A stretch of 64,000 bases of DNA from Octopus sinensis (GCF_006345805.1 NC_043008.1:6758001-6822000), one strand, 5' to 3'. Counted from the first letter of the stretch, positions 1 to 12,891 are shown. Numbers and translations are program-made. Notes: generated from the letters alone by a model not told the origin.

Positions 1-1359
1 AGGCATTTATTCCAAATCTTTATGGAGTGTACCCCACCTCAGAGTCTCCAGGTTTATTTTTATTTTCGATAAAATCTTTCTCCATTAAGTGATTGAACAA
101 CAAACGAAACATTTTAAGGTGTAAGTCAAGCTAAGTGGTAACATTTTAAAGCCAGAAAAGCTGAAAAACAAATGCGTCAAAAAATATAACAAAAATGGCT
201 TTGGTGTAGAAGCAATTTTTCATTTTTGTCATTTTCGTAATTTTACCTTAAAGGAGAAAAAAATAACTAACATTTTACCTTTATGTGCTGCCGATAGATG
301 ACTCGTGTAAATATAAGCAAGGAAATTCAACTTACCTGCAATGGAAAACAAAAATCAAATGTCATTGCTTTTACATCAAAATAAACACATCATAAAAGAC
401 ATACATGCATGTGTGTATATGCGTGCGTGTGTGTGAGTATGTGTGCGTGTATATGCTTTTGTGTTGATATATGTTTGTACACCGGCGTTTCTGCAGGTGC
501 TTGTGTTGCTTCTGTTTATGTGAAAATGTTTGTTTGAGAAAGTGCACGAGTTTGTGTTTTTTTTTGTGAATTTATGTAGTTCTGAGTATACACGCTTGTT
601 TGTTCTATTCGGGCGTTCAAGGAATAACAAAATCTGGGTGATTGTGTGTGTATGTGTGTATGTGTGTGTGCGTGTGTGTAGGCATAATCATGTCTCCATC
701 ATCGTCAGCATCACCGTCGTAGCTTTCCTCATCCTCCCATTATTATTATTATGATTATTATTATTATGATTTTTATTGTTATTATTATTATTGTTATTAT
801 GATTATTATTATTATTAAAAATTATTATTATTATTATTATTAATGCTTTCGAGCATACAGTCGTCTCTCAAAGATAGCTCCAAGAATATTGGATAATTAC
901 CAAGTTGAATTGTAAGAAATATTTTCGCTTTTGGATTATTTTGCAAACAAGGAACTTCGAAACATCTCGACGTCTTTCCCAAAATCTTAAGTAGACAAAA
1001 CATAATTTTTTTTCCCAAAAACCTTCCTTGTGTTTGCAGTCTATTCAATATGGCTTCTTCTACGAGAAAGGTGATAGTAAGAAATATTATGAAGAAAGGA
1101 AGTAGTAACCGGACATGACTCCCCACGGACGAAAATTATGAAATAGATTTCTAATATACGAACACGGAATGATTGTTAAAGAGAATAATAAATAGATAAA
1201 TAGATAAACAGAAACACTGACAATGAGATAAATAGACTTACAGGGATGAGAAGACGATCACAGTTTGACACGCGAAGAATTAAATGTTCATGAAACGAAC
1301 GAGAATATTATCAACAACAACAACAACAACACAGACTTGTGCAATATTAATAAGAATAC

Positions 1360-1585
1360 CAAGACGGTGGGCAAGAAGGACCGTTAACACGCCAGGAAAA
1401 ATGCTTAGTACAATTTCTACTGTGTTTACGTTCTGAATTCGAATTCCTTCGAGGTCGACTTAGCCTTTCATCGTTCAGATTCGATAAAACAAGTACCAAT
1501 TGAGCACTGGGGTGGATGTAATCGACTACCTCCTCCCCCACCCCAGAAATTGCTGGTTTTGTGCCAAAATTTGAAATCAGTATTA
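1360..1585 (+). mobile_element. tRNA-headed SINE family A (A3 tail), diverged copy
   Basis: Matches the in-window family A body (gttctgaattcgaattcc..gaggtcgactt.gcctttcatc..gataaaacaagtacca..gagcactgggg). Tail aaattgctgg..tgtgccaaaatttgaaa also seen near 22500, 38345 and 39010. Confidence 0.8.
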
Positions 1586-1804
1586 ATAATGATGCTAACA
1601 AGGACTTCTATGCTAGCATCATTCCTTCCGGAATAATGCTAGCAAAGACAAAGGTGATCTTTGAGGGATTTTGTTCTGTGGTCAAATCTTAACAAAGTGA
1701 ATTTCCTTCCGGGGTCGATAACACTAGAACACCAGTCATGTACTGGGATCAATGTAATTGGCTACCCCATCTCCTAAAAAGAGTCAGAAGCCATTATTTA
1801 AGGC

Positions 1805-1859
<55 letters not shown>

Positions 1860-2529
1860 ATATATATATCTGCATACTCACACATGTATACCAATATGTA
1901 TGTGCATACATAAGTGTATAAAAATACATATATCTACGTGTGTATATTTGTGCATATATACACATACACACATGCACACATATATATATACACTGGCAAA
2001 TATATAAACAGGTCTATATATATGTACGAGAATATATACATACGTTGCACTCACACACATATATGTATACACATACACATACGCATAAATGCATACACAT
2101 ACACGCACACACACACACACACACGTCCACACACATGCTCATACGTACACACACACAAACACATGCACACACCAAATTCATTTCTTCCTCTTCTTCGTTC
2201 TTAGAATCCAAATATTTATTTCATATGTTAAAACAAATCCGCCTTCGCCGTGTTCCTGTGTTGCTAACTATGTTTGTTTTGGGATCTGTAATCTGTATCC
2301 TTATTTTAAAGGTCTCTCGCGAAGTAAACCTCCCTCATATGCCTGTTTAGTGGGAAAATATTTAGAATTACATAGAGGTAGATCTTCTGCGGTGATTCTT
2401 ATGTAAAAAATACCAACTAATATGATTAACGCATATGAACATCACTCCTATAGATAGAAACACATGTGTTTTTGTGGAATATCTTTGATAATGTATCTTC
2501 CAAATGTGTTATATTCAGTTGTAGCAGTT

Positions 2530-2720
2530 CATCCAGGTTTTTGTATCATAACCTTTTCTGACGACCTGGTTTCCTTTTCGCGCCATAACTAATTCATTTT
2601 ACTAACGCTGCTAACGTACTTGAAATATATCGCATCAGTGTGTATTATTTTAGTACATGGTCGAATCTATAAGGATGTATCTTCGTGTTTTAATATCAAG
2701 TGATTAGCGATATACTTAGA
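2530..2720 (-). pseudogene. Highly decayed RTE-like LINE ORF C-terminal fragment
   Basis: Minus-strand pieces IKTRRY / FDHVLK / GAKRKPGRQKRL resemble the RTE C-terminal 'R.L.W.GHV.R...G.R..GRP' pattern. Frameshifted. Confidence 0.4.
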
Positions 2721-3149
2721 TGAAATATCAATAGGTTACGTTTCTTAATTATTACTAAGTTCCGATTAATTATGCAAACTAGACGTCATTGGCAGCCATA
2801 TTGTAAAACGGATGAGTGGTATGTCATCTACAAAACAAGACTCCAAAACTTCTGTGATCTCTAGAGAGGAATAGAGCAACAGCTAACCACTTGCAGAATC
2901 TGTCTTCACTCCTAGCTACAACTAATTCATTTCATTAACATGGATAATATTTTTGAGGAAGACTTGAATGTCAAATCATCTCATACCACTTCTCTATAAA
3001 CTTGTGACAGACGTGGTACAAATGAAAAACAATGGCGAAAATCTTTTAACCTATACACCAGTTCTTGGTTACTAACCAATTTCACTTTTCAGCCGGTGAT
3101 CCAGCATGGCCGCAGCTCCCGAGTTGAAACTAGTAAAATGAAAATGTCA

Positions 3150-3610
3150 TTTTAATGCCATGAGTATGCTTAGACTAGGCCCGTTCACTGGGGTCATTTG
3201 TGTTACATTCACCAACCTTTTCGCAAAATTGCTGGGCGGCGGCATTTTCCTCTTCCCTCACCTTCCTTTCAGGTGAAACTGGATAAAGCTGATGAGGGCT
3301 TGGCCAAAGAGAAAATTATCTGCCTTTAGCCTTTTCAGTCTGGCCCACCACAAAACCTCTTTCGTTAAGGCCTCCAGACAAAGAAATACTGCTTGCCTTT
3401 TCCGGCCAAATGAAGACTGTGGAGCGATCTTCACGATGGAATTCGGCCGATAGCCGGATCTGTCCTTCACGCAACAGCAGGTATTCGATATAAACCTACA
3501 AGTCAATATTCAGGAACTGGACGAGAGCGTGCAGAACAGTTTCGTCGCTCTATGCACATCTCGGGCAAGCCACCCTTCTATCTTCTCAGTTAGGCGACGA
3601 AGACGACGCC
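3150..3610 (-). pseudogene. L1/Tx1-like LINE ORF2 C-terminal (zinc-finger) fragment, decayed
   Basis: Minus strand reads ACPRCA*SDETVLHALVQ and LTKEVLWWARLKRLKADNFLFGQALISFIQFHLK, homologous to the copy at 53276-54377. Confidence 0.85.
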
Positions 3611-5511
3611 ATTTAAATTTTAGTCTATATTTCGAAAAGAATTATTTTCCTTTCGAAATTTCGCCCCTTAGGGCAAATAACAATAACTTTTGCTCTTACA
3701 AAAAAAAAAAATAATAAAACTAGACTTATAACAATGAAAACAAGTCAATAACTCACGGAGCATTCACGACACGTCTCGTCTTGGCAATAAACAACAACAA
3801 CAACAACAATCATAATTATTCAATTGTTTAGTTTTATGAGAAATACAGTATATCTTTTTTTTGGGTGTTAAAAAAGCTTATCTTTGAGTTGTCACCTACT
3901 GCAAAACCTTCACCCAACGGAAAAAGTAATGTAGTTAAAATGAAATTACTAAAGATTAGTACAAAACCTCATCTCAAAAACATCACTATTTATCCTGTAA
4001 CTCTGATAACAGATCATAGAAAGACTTAATGATAACCTCTCCATCACTGGTCGGGCTAAGAATCGCAACCACAACCTCTTTTGATTGTAACAAGCATCGT
4101 CACTAACTAAATTTTATTCGTCCAAGATTCGAAAATATACTCTTTGTGTGTAGTCTGGGAATGTGAAATGTTGCAAAATGGTTAACTTTGAATTTGGGGC
4201 TCGGACATAAAATGAATATAACATTGGCAAATATTTCCAAATCATTTAGTCATTATCTTCTCTTGTATTAGTACACTGTGTAATGAATTAATTACATTAG
4301 ACATTTCATGCATAATAGAAACTCGAAAATGATATTAAAAAATTATAATCAAAATAGGATTTTGAATTAACATCGATTCGCATAACCAATTTCCGACAAG
4401 TTGAAAGAAACGTTTCTTTTTAGTATGAGAAAGAAAATGAATTCTAGTAGCACTTGAAATATTGGTTATTTAGTTTCGAAGAAATACGTTTCATCCCAGG
4501 AAATTCTTATTAATCAAATAAATGGGCGGGAAGTGTTGGAATATCCTATCAGATTTGTCTTTGTGTTTCAAATCCTACTTTGTCCTCTGGGGAAAGCATT
4601 TACGTATTTAGCATAACTGTTGACAGAGCAGAACTTCGACGCAGACATGGCTCCGGGCGGCGGTTCCTTTCCAGTAATCAGAACAGTTCATTATACACAC
4701 TTGAACTTGGTCTTTTAAGCATTTAAAATAATATATATAGCTGTGCAATGTTTGGTAATCTTTCAGTCATTAATCGATGTTGAAACTCTTTCTTGGTTAC
4801 ATTAAGTGCTACTTCTTTCTTTATTTTTGTTGCGATTATGAAACACCGTTCCTATTTCTGGAATCGAACCACTGTCCGTTCTGTCTGTAAACGTGAACAA
4901 AAACGTGAGAAAAACACATAAAAGACTGGTAACTGACAAATTATTTCTCTGTTCACTGTTACGTCTACATACTTGGTTTTATCAGGACAAAGCGGGATTG
5001 AATATAAAATAACAAATCAGATAAGGGTTTTCATCACAACCCGCCTCCCTACTTGATTAATAATAAAGAATTTCCGGGAAACTAAATAGACTATTCTTCA
5101 AGTGTTCCTACACTTCATATTCGTTCCCATACGAAAAAGTTGTTGTCGTAAATTAGTTGCTTGAATCAAAGTAAATTGACTCAAATAATTTTATTATTTT
5201 TTAATATCATTTTCAAATTTCTATTATCTTGTGGACGCTCGACGTAATTACTTCATTACAGAACGTACTAATACGAGAGAAGATAACGACTAATATGAAA
5301 TATTGTGTTCGTCTTCTGTTCCAATCCTAAATTTGAATTTAGTCAAAGTGCAGCACATCACGCATATACGTACATAAGTATCTGTATATATGTATGTGTA
5401 TAGATCAGCATATTTATACAAATATATATACGTACATAACTATATACATACACCTCCCATATATCTATCTATATATATATACATACACGTATATGAGTAA
5501 ATATTTATCCA

Positions 5512-5559
<48 letters not shown>

Positions 5560-5579
5560 ATATATAATGTACATGTATG

Positions 5580-5639
<60 letters not shown>

Positions 5640-6162
5640 CGTATATTTAGGTATATGTGTATTTATGCTTATATGTATGTATTTATATGTATATACCCAT
5701 GTATTTCTCGCTATCTTTAAGATTTGTAGGTACTTCTATAGAATATCCGTAGAAATAACTGTAACATAATTGTCTGTCTGTCTATCTGTCTATCTGTCTA
5801 TCTGTCTATCTATGTGTTTATCTACCTAAATATATGTGTGTGTGTGTATGCATTTATATATGTGTATGTATGTGTGTGTGTGTTTGATACTCTTACCACA
5901 ATCGAACAGTCCGGCATATCGCTATAGTTTACTTAATGCACCACCAACCACCCTCAGTGTTGACTGGCCGAGGGTACACAAAGTCTGGATCAACGATGTT
6001 GGACACGTATTACAAAACCCTTCGACGGAATACAGTGAGCACATCCTATGACCATGGGCGGAATGCATGCCTAACCATGCAGTATTTTACGGACCTACAG
6101 AACGTAATCGTATGGTCTTACCTTTGTGTAAGCCAAAACAAATAATCTACTAGTGTCTATGC

Positions 6163-6504
6163 CAGTGGTTCAGGAGTCCATATAGCTCCTGAGGATCCAT
6201 ATAAGATTCGGGGGGGGGGTGTTCACATCACAAAGCAGTAAATAGAAGACCCACAATAGTATTTTAAGGCCCCCTGAAGAAATTTTGCTTTAGATATAAG
6301 TGTTAGTATGTATTGCAACTAAGAACTAGGATTCTTCCTCTTGGAAGTTCAACCTACATAAATTATTTAAAAAAAAACGAAGTAGGAATTTTGAAAGCAG
6401 ATTCTATAAAACTAGTTTTGAACATTGAATGGTTATAAGGGTCCACCAGAATAAAATAGTAAGCATTGGGGTCCATAGATAAAAAAAATGGTTAAGAACC
6501 CCTG
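6163..6504. mobile_element. hAT-type MITE (non-autonomous DNA transposon)
   Basis: Ends CAGTGGTTC...GGTTAAGAACCCCTG form hAT/Charlie-like terminal inverted repeats. Internal ggggtccata-like repeats. Flanking 8-mers gtctatgc/gcaaatgc (5/8 match) may be a decayed target-site duplication (TSD). Confidence 0.65.
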
Positions 6505-7147
6505 GCAAATGCGAAGGCTTTAGATAGACCTAATGGTGTGCACAAGCGGGTATATGGTGGTAACTTGTAGCAGTGTTTGTGGCCATGTACCATGACGGAT
6601 AGGCCAGGTATGTTTGAGTAGGAGTGTGGGCCTGTGCTCGCGTGGGAGCATTGACGCTTGCATGTCAGCGGGTGGTGTATGTTTGTGGGTGCGTGAGACT
6701 AATTATGTATTGGGAGTGAGATGTATGAGCAAGCGTGCGTGTGTGACGCGTGTGTTTCGGGGCGCGTGGTGGACAACCTGCCGTTGCTGCCCAGAGGATT
6801 ACAAAATTGTTTATGGGTCTAAAATTCCAGACAAACGTGTGTGTCTAAGCGGACGAAATTTGAAAGTGATACCTTGAATCTGTCAGTAACCGACCTATTT
6901 TCTTAGTTTTACTTTCTGATATACACCACTGACTGTTCATAACGCAGTCGCTATCATACTTGCTATTAATGTTGTAGTAATTGTTGTTGTTGTTGATTGT
7001 TCGTCGCCATAGGCTTATTTCATTTTCCGCTCTGCACTCTACAGGGTATATACAGGGTGGCCCAAAAGTAGGCTTACAGTTATCAAGTAGGCACTTTAAA
7101 TTTCTTTTAAAGCATTTTATTAACATTTAAATTTCATATCTTACATA

Positions 7148-7382
7148 TGGCGTAGTGGTTAAGAGCGCGTGCTACTAACCCCAAGATTCCGAGCTCGATT
7201 CTAGGCAGTGAGCTGAGTAATAATAATAATAACAACAACAACATCGAAAAATACCTTAGGAATGAGAACCCAGGTTCGAAATTTCCCCAAGACACTTGAT
7301 GAAGGCTGGAGGGTATATCAGCCGAAACGTTGTGTTAACAAGAAAAAAGATGAGGACAAATATCCGTCAAATGTAAATAATG
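7148..7382 (+). mobile_element. tRNA-headed SINE with a Penelope-type hammerhead motif in its tail
   Basis: A-box tggcgtagtggttaagagcg, B-box-like gagctcgattct, AAT/AAC spacer, then the HHR motif at 7291-7336. Nested inside the MITE. Confidence 0.7.
7291..7336 (+). ncRNA. Minimal type I hammerhead ribozyme motif (core C3 reads T)
   Basis: gacac-TTGATGA-a-ggctg(gagggtatat)cagcc-GAA-ACGT-t-gtgtt. Stem I gacac/gtgtt, perfect 5-bp stem II, palindromic ACGT stem III. Confidence 0.6.
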
Positions 7383-7867
7383 TTCTATATTACAATTAAC
7401 GAAATTAGCATAGAATAATAATGGCTTCATAGTTTTTCATAATTAAGATCTAAACTGTTAATATATGAATGCGAAAGAGATAGGTGAATAACTGTAAACC
7501 TACTTTTGTATGCGTGTGTGTGTAAACATGGACGGAGGGGAGGTTTGGCCACCAACGTCCTCCTTTCATCGGCCGTCTGTCTATCTGTCTGTCTATCTGT
7601 CTATCTTTTCTTAATTCCATCTACTACTTCGCGCATTATTACTCTTTATTCTATTATACCAATTGATATCGAAAGCAATTTGCAGAGCTGGAATATGTTA
7701 TGGCGCGCATTTGCTGAAAAGGTCAGGGAAGTGAGTCGATTGTATTATGTTATCTGACCTATTGACTTCCTTGTGTGTGTGTGTATGCATGCATGTATGG
7801 ATGGATGTACGTCATTATTCAATTTTATGTCAAGATTTCTTGCCAGTAGAGAGCCAGTTTCTCTCTT

Positions 7868-7999
7868 TGTTTCTTTCTGTGGAAGAGCGTAGGTTCGAGA
7901 CTTAAAGACTTTTTCACTTCCCGGGAGTTATACTAATACATCTGTTTGTTGTCTACACCGGCTGTCTTCGTCTTTTGCTTTTTTTTTTGTGTGAATTCT

Positions 8000-8002
<3 letters not shown>
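7868..8002 (+). mobile_element. Family E: Penelope pLTR-like repeat with HHR-like core
   Basis: tctttctgtggaagagcgtaggttcgagac..actaataca..tacacc..gtcttcgtcttttg. Homologous to 50335-50460 and to the reverse strand of 47709-47850 and 48054-48183. 3' end abuts (TA)n. Confidence 0.6.
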
Positions 8003-8059
<57 letters not shown>

Positions 8060-8307
8060 GTGATAAATAAAAATATATGCATACATACAAACATATGTAC
8101 GTACCTACATCTACATGTATATATACATGCATATATAAATAATTATATGTGAGTACAGGACACCACAATAAGACGTAGAAACGGGAAAAACAAAAAAACA
8201 AAAAAAAAGAAAACGAAAAAAACAGTTACAGGACGTGCTACACAAGGAAAACAACCCCGTCATCAGCTGTCGCCAGTAGACTCAAGCATGTTTCGAAGGC
8301 AAATATT

Positions 8308-8338
<31 letters not shown>

Positions 8339-9803
8339 GTGTATATATATATATGTATGTATATAATGAGGGACACGTGTGTTTGTATGTTTGTGTAACT
8401 TTATTGACTAATAGTCGTTATAAATATTGGTCGTTTCGTTAGTAGATTTCGCCATTCAAGAGAGAGGGTAAAAATCACGCAGGGCGTTAACACAAGGTGT
8501 GTCGGATTAGTTCACGTATTAGGCTTGATGGGCGGCAAAGGAACGCCGCACACTCCCACAGTGTGAGAAAAAGAATCAGAAACGAAGGAGAGGAGTGGAA
8601 AGGAGGGAAAGGTGGAAGATGATGAGTGGGAGAAGGAGGAGGCGAAAAGGGTTTGTAGTATTTTTATCTAGCAATGAAAACCTATTTTCCTCATATGCTG
8701 TTTAAGATGATCGTTAGCAGAATAATATTATTATTTTTTTGCATTAATCACCAGAGTATTCGCTAACTTAATAATTTATGGCAAAGTGTTCCAAATGAAA
8801 ATACCATTACTGTTGCTACAATAATATTTAGACACTTCAACCACCATGCTGGTATCGGAAAATAAATATTTCTTGATACGAAACTCCCGTATATACACGC
8901 ATGGTAGGTGTGTTTATACTTGCCGATTCGATCGTATGCGACAACCTGCGAATATTCAACAGGTTCATATCGTGACAGAGACTTTCTGTTGAGTTTCTGG
9001 TGGAAACCTTTCATGTCTACCCATGTGTGTATGTATGTATGTATGTATATATGTATGTATGTATGTGTGTATGATGTATGTATGTAACTTTATATATTTA
9101 TATATATCTCTATCTATGCATACATATAACACACACATACACACACACACACATCACAATTTACGGTGTAATCCCGTGATACAGTAGAACCATACGCTGG
9201 TGCTGACAAGAAGTTCGTCTATTGATATAGTCTGTGCTTTTTAGCCTTTGTTCTCAACAGGAAATGCTTTCCCAGGACATTCCCCGCTGTCTAAAGAGTT
9301 CTAAATAACACATCCCAATTTAGGCTGGATGTGGCTGTAAATAGACAGAACTGAAGGCCGAGCTAGCGACGTATATCTGCCGAATATTTTGCCTCCAAGT
9401 CTAGTCTTGATGAGAGAGAGTTAGCTTCTGTTAAACTGTAAAACGTTACATGAAAATTGTGTCTTCCGTAACTAAGATTTAGTGAACACTTACCATTATT
9501 TTCGTCGAAATGTTTGCTTATAACTTTGTGTATTGTAAGTAATCATCATTATTGCCTGCGTTTTTATATTGCCGAATTCCATTTTATTTTGTTTTATATT
9601 AGAAAATTATAAAACACGTAAAAGATTGTCTTGCCGAGTAACGAAGTACGTTCAGGTGCCGTGTGAAGTTTCGATGTTGAAGTTAAGGATAAATTACATC
9701 TTCAATTTGATCTTGTTCTGGTTGACTAAAATAAACCCAGTCTCTTACCAATGGTTACACCTTTAATTGCGTTGGGTGGATACCCAGTTCGAGATGATGG
9801 CTC

Positions 9804-9806
<3 letters not shown>

Positions 9807-9884
<78 letters not shown>
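9807..9884. repeat. Pure (CA)n microsatellite, about 39 units
   Basis: Directly visible. Confidence 0.95.
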
Positions 9885-9886
<2 letters not shown>

Positions 9887-10418
9887 ACCATTGGTGATTG
9901 CATAGTGATATATTTAATTATAAACATTGGATTTGTATAAAGAAGAGGCGAAATTCAAGAACAACAACCGTAATTTTATTGCAGGTGTTTTCTGTTGGTT
10001 ATTATATACCATTTATAGTGTCTATAAATGCATATACTATTGTGTGTGTGTGTGTAAACAAACGTCGATTTTGTTTTGCTTAGCTCTCATAAGAAATAGA
10101 AAGAAAAACTCGTGGCATACGCCAAATCAACGCCTTTCAACAGGCAATAACTAAAGGCTGTCGTCTCCCCCACGTTGTAATAAGAATGTATTAATCCTAA
10201 TAGAAAACTGGGAATCCAGGTGAAGAGTGAGTCTGCTGCTGAAATCGCCGTATCATTCATTGTTTATGAGGCCATCGCTGATAAGTTAAAGAAAGTTTCT
10301 TACTTCTTTCATCACCAACCGACCGGGAAATTCAACTTGCTTGAAATAACAGCCACATCTGCTTCACTCAAGAACGCAGCTACCGTTTTCAAATATTAGG
10401 ATTTATAGCACAATATAA

Positions 10419-10788
10419 GGATTTATGACATCATTCGTGCGTTTGTACTGGTTTTAAGGTTTTAGGGATAGGGTTAGGGTTAAGGTTTTAGGGTTAGGGT
10501 TTTAGGGTAATCATAAATAAAAGTGACAAACGAAATATACACCGCCGGAAGTTCTCGTTGACAACCAACAACAGTAATTTTATTCAGCTGAATACACGTC
10601 ATTGATTGGTTGAAATTACCGAAATACGAGAAATTTAACGTGAAATAACTTCATAAATATAAGTTTTTCTCAAAAATGCTAAGACTAAAAGATGTTTTAT
10701 ATGACACATTCTACCAGTGTTCAAAGTTTGAAAGTGTTTAGTTACAAAAAATTATTTTTTAAATCTGTCGGTCAAAAGGTAAAGATCC
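10419..10788. mobile_element. Putative MITE with internal telomere-like TTAGGG repeats
   Basis: Flanked by an exact 8-bp direct repeat caatataa (10411-10418, 10789-10796). Termini GGAT...ATCC. Degenerate TTAGGG units at about 10455-10508. Confidence 0.55.
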
Positions 10789-10974
10789 CAATATAATCTG
10801 TACATTATATCATGGCTGCAATTCTTCTATCACGACAAGTTCTGGGTTTAAACAATAACAATTGAATTTATTGCATCGAGCGAATATTTTCTCGGCGTAC
10901 AAATAGTATTCAATCTCTGAGTGAACTTGGATCATATTCCACGTTTCTCCTGCATAAACTACCGTTGGAGGTAC

Positions 10975-11099
10975 AATCTCAATACGGTTACAAGATAATC
11001 TCGATACGGTTACAAGATAATCTCAATACGGTTACAAGATAATCTCAATACGGTTACAAGATAATCTCGATACGGTTACAAGATAATCTCGATACGGTT
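10975..11099. repeat. 22-bp minisatellite (aatctcRatacggttacaagat) x5.7
   Basis: Units start at 10975, 10997, 11019, 11041, 11063 and 11085, differing at a single A/G site. Confidence 0.95.
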
Positions 11100-11194
11100 G
11101 CTTGGCCCACATCTTGTTTATTTTGGGAAAATGGTGAAATCCAGCGCTAATTTCCAGAGGTGAAAGAGACGGTGGAAAATAGGATAGGAAAATA

Positions 11195-11365
11195 GGGGTG
11201 AGCTAATATCGGGCTGGTCCATATCTTGTATATTGTTTTACACACCCGATTTGGGAGTTAGCATCTGCTTTAGTGCTCTTCTCTGTTGCAATAGTGTTAC
11301 CCAGGTAGATGACGTTAATGGCGTGTACAAGTTCTTGATTCACTAGAATTCGCCTGTGTCATTGC
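11195..11365 (-). pseudogene. RTE-like LINE fragment (inverted part)
   Basis: Minus strand NQELVHAINVIYLGNTIATEKSTKADANSQIG then KIWTSP, matching the post-RT 'F.YLGS.I...D...RI.KA...IW' motif. Confidence 0.65.
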
Positions 11366-11366
11366 C

Positions 11367-11660
11367 CTTTGGTCTGCATCAAGCTCACCTACATGGGACG
11401 GAATCACCCATTTTGTAGGTCAGAGAAGAGCCAATATGTACAGCTTGCAAGAGACTGTAACAGAAAAAAGAAGTTTGATTTCTTGGTCATGTTTTCCAAG
11501 ACAGCTATACAATGGGTACGACCAGATGGACGAGGAAAGAGAGACACAAGAGGACATGGAGCGCCATCTTAGCATCACCTGGGAAGATGCTTGCGACTAT
11601 TCTCGAAGCCAAATGTCCCGGCCAACCGTACAAGAGGAACTGAGACAAGAAACATCGTTA
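11367..11660 (+). pseudogene. RTE-like LINE 3' fragment
   Basis: Frameshifted WDGIT / FLGHV / TAIQWVRPDGRGKR / TW / ITWEDA, the RTE C-terminal pattern. Confidence 0.65.
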
Positions 11661-11767
11661 GAGATAAACAAAAGTTCATAAAGAGAATTATTTTATTGAC
11701 AAGAAAGCGAATTTCACAGTATAGCTGTGAAAAACAGCTGAGTATTCTACGATTAAGCTAAACGTCA

Positions 11768-11840
11768 GCGGGCCGTTTATCTTAATGGTAGAGTATTCAG
11801 CCGTTATCTGAGGGGTACCGGTTCAACTCCCGTAGTCGCC
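11768..11840 (+). pseudogene. Decayed tRNA-like sequence (tRNA pseudogene or isolated SINE head)
   Basis: A-box-like taatggtagag, anticodon-like arm tcag-ccGTTat-ctga, B-box ggttcaactcc. The acceptor stem does not pair well. Confidence 0.45.
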
Positions 11841-12379
11841 TACTGACAACTTTTTCCCCGTCTTATAGAAATAAATACCAAATCTTTCTGCTGTTTTCAC
11901 GGCTGTGTTGCATTCGAAATTTACTTCCTTGACCGTAAAATAACAAACACATTCGACACAAAAATGAAATGTAAAATTATAGACCGGAACACACACAAAG
12001 AGAACTATTTGGAGGCAAACTTCAATGACAAATACTTCGTATCCATTGAATCTCAACGGCTTTTATCTTGTCTATTTGCAAACCAAAGTACTTCTGTGCG
12101 GATGGCGCGTCAATATCACAGATTGTTTTCATATTTTCTTCATAAAAAACAGGAAGGGGCATGCGCCTATCGTGTAAAATATCTTTTAGCGCAGTCGAGT
12201 TTGGATTGTGATGTGAGGCGGCTGTTGCCAGTTAAAACTGGTAGAGTAAATATTTAACAATCTTGACGAGAACAATTGAGTCACCGGAAGTTGTGGTGAA
12301 ACCATTAATCAGTTGAATGAAAGAGCATATTACCTCTACACACACACACACACACGTGTACATATATGTATAGAAACAC

Positions 12380-12380
12380 G

Positions 12381-12461
<81 letters not shown>

Positions 12462-12516
12462 ATCTATCTATCTATCTGCCTATCTATCTATCTATTTATC
12501 TATCTACCTATGTGTG

Positions 12517-12548
<32 letters not shown>

Positions 12549-12693
12549 TGTATGTATGTATGCGTTCGCATGCACTCGCGCTATGTACGTGTGGTGGTAA
12601 CTAAAAAAAGAAAGGTTAAAACATGTATAAAGAGACAAAATGAGAAAGAGACGGAGTAAGAGGGTTTAAACTCGAACGCACAGTTACATGAAG

Positions 12694-12727
<34 letters not shown>

Positions 12728-12847
12728 GCAGCGAGTACGGCAGTAGTTGTCTCTCCATGGCAAACTGTTTATCAGACGTTTTTGGATATATATTATCTGT
12801 GGTAGATAAATAGATAAATAGATAGATAAATAGGTAGATAAATAGAT

Positions 12848-12891
<44 letters not shown>

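Larger units (their letters stand above)
7050..7510. mobile_element. Tc1/mariner-type MITE interrupted by a SINE
   Basis: Left end tacagggtggcccaaaagtaggcttacagtt and right end aactgtaaacctacttttg are inverted repeats. TA precedes the CAG terminus. The outer right terminus is lost. Confidence 0.65.

Noticed and set aside
10455-10508. True telomere or chromosome fusion site
   Set aside because: The tract is short, degenerate, in a single orientation, and inside a TSD-bounded element.
10975-11099. Possible CRISPR array (also considered for 18843-18945 and 49296-49700)
   Set aside because: Units are contiguous or have related rather than unique spacers, there are no cas genes, and the context is eukaryotic.
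11768-11840. Functional tRNA-Asn(GTT)
   Set aside because: The acceptor stem is unpaired, the T-stem has a mismatch and the anticodon loop lacks U33; kept only as a pseudogene-like feature.
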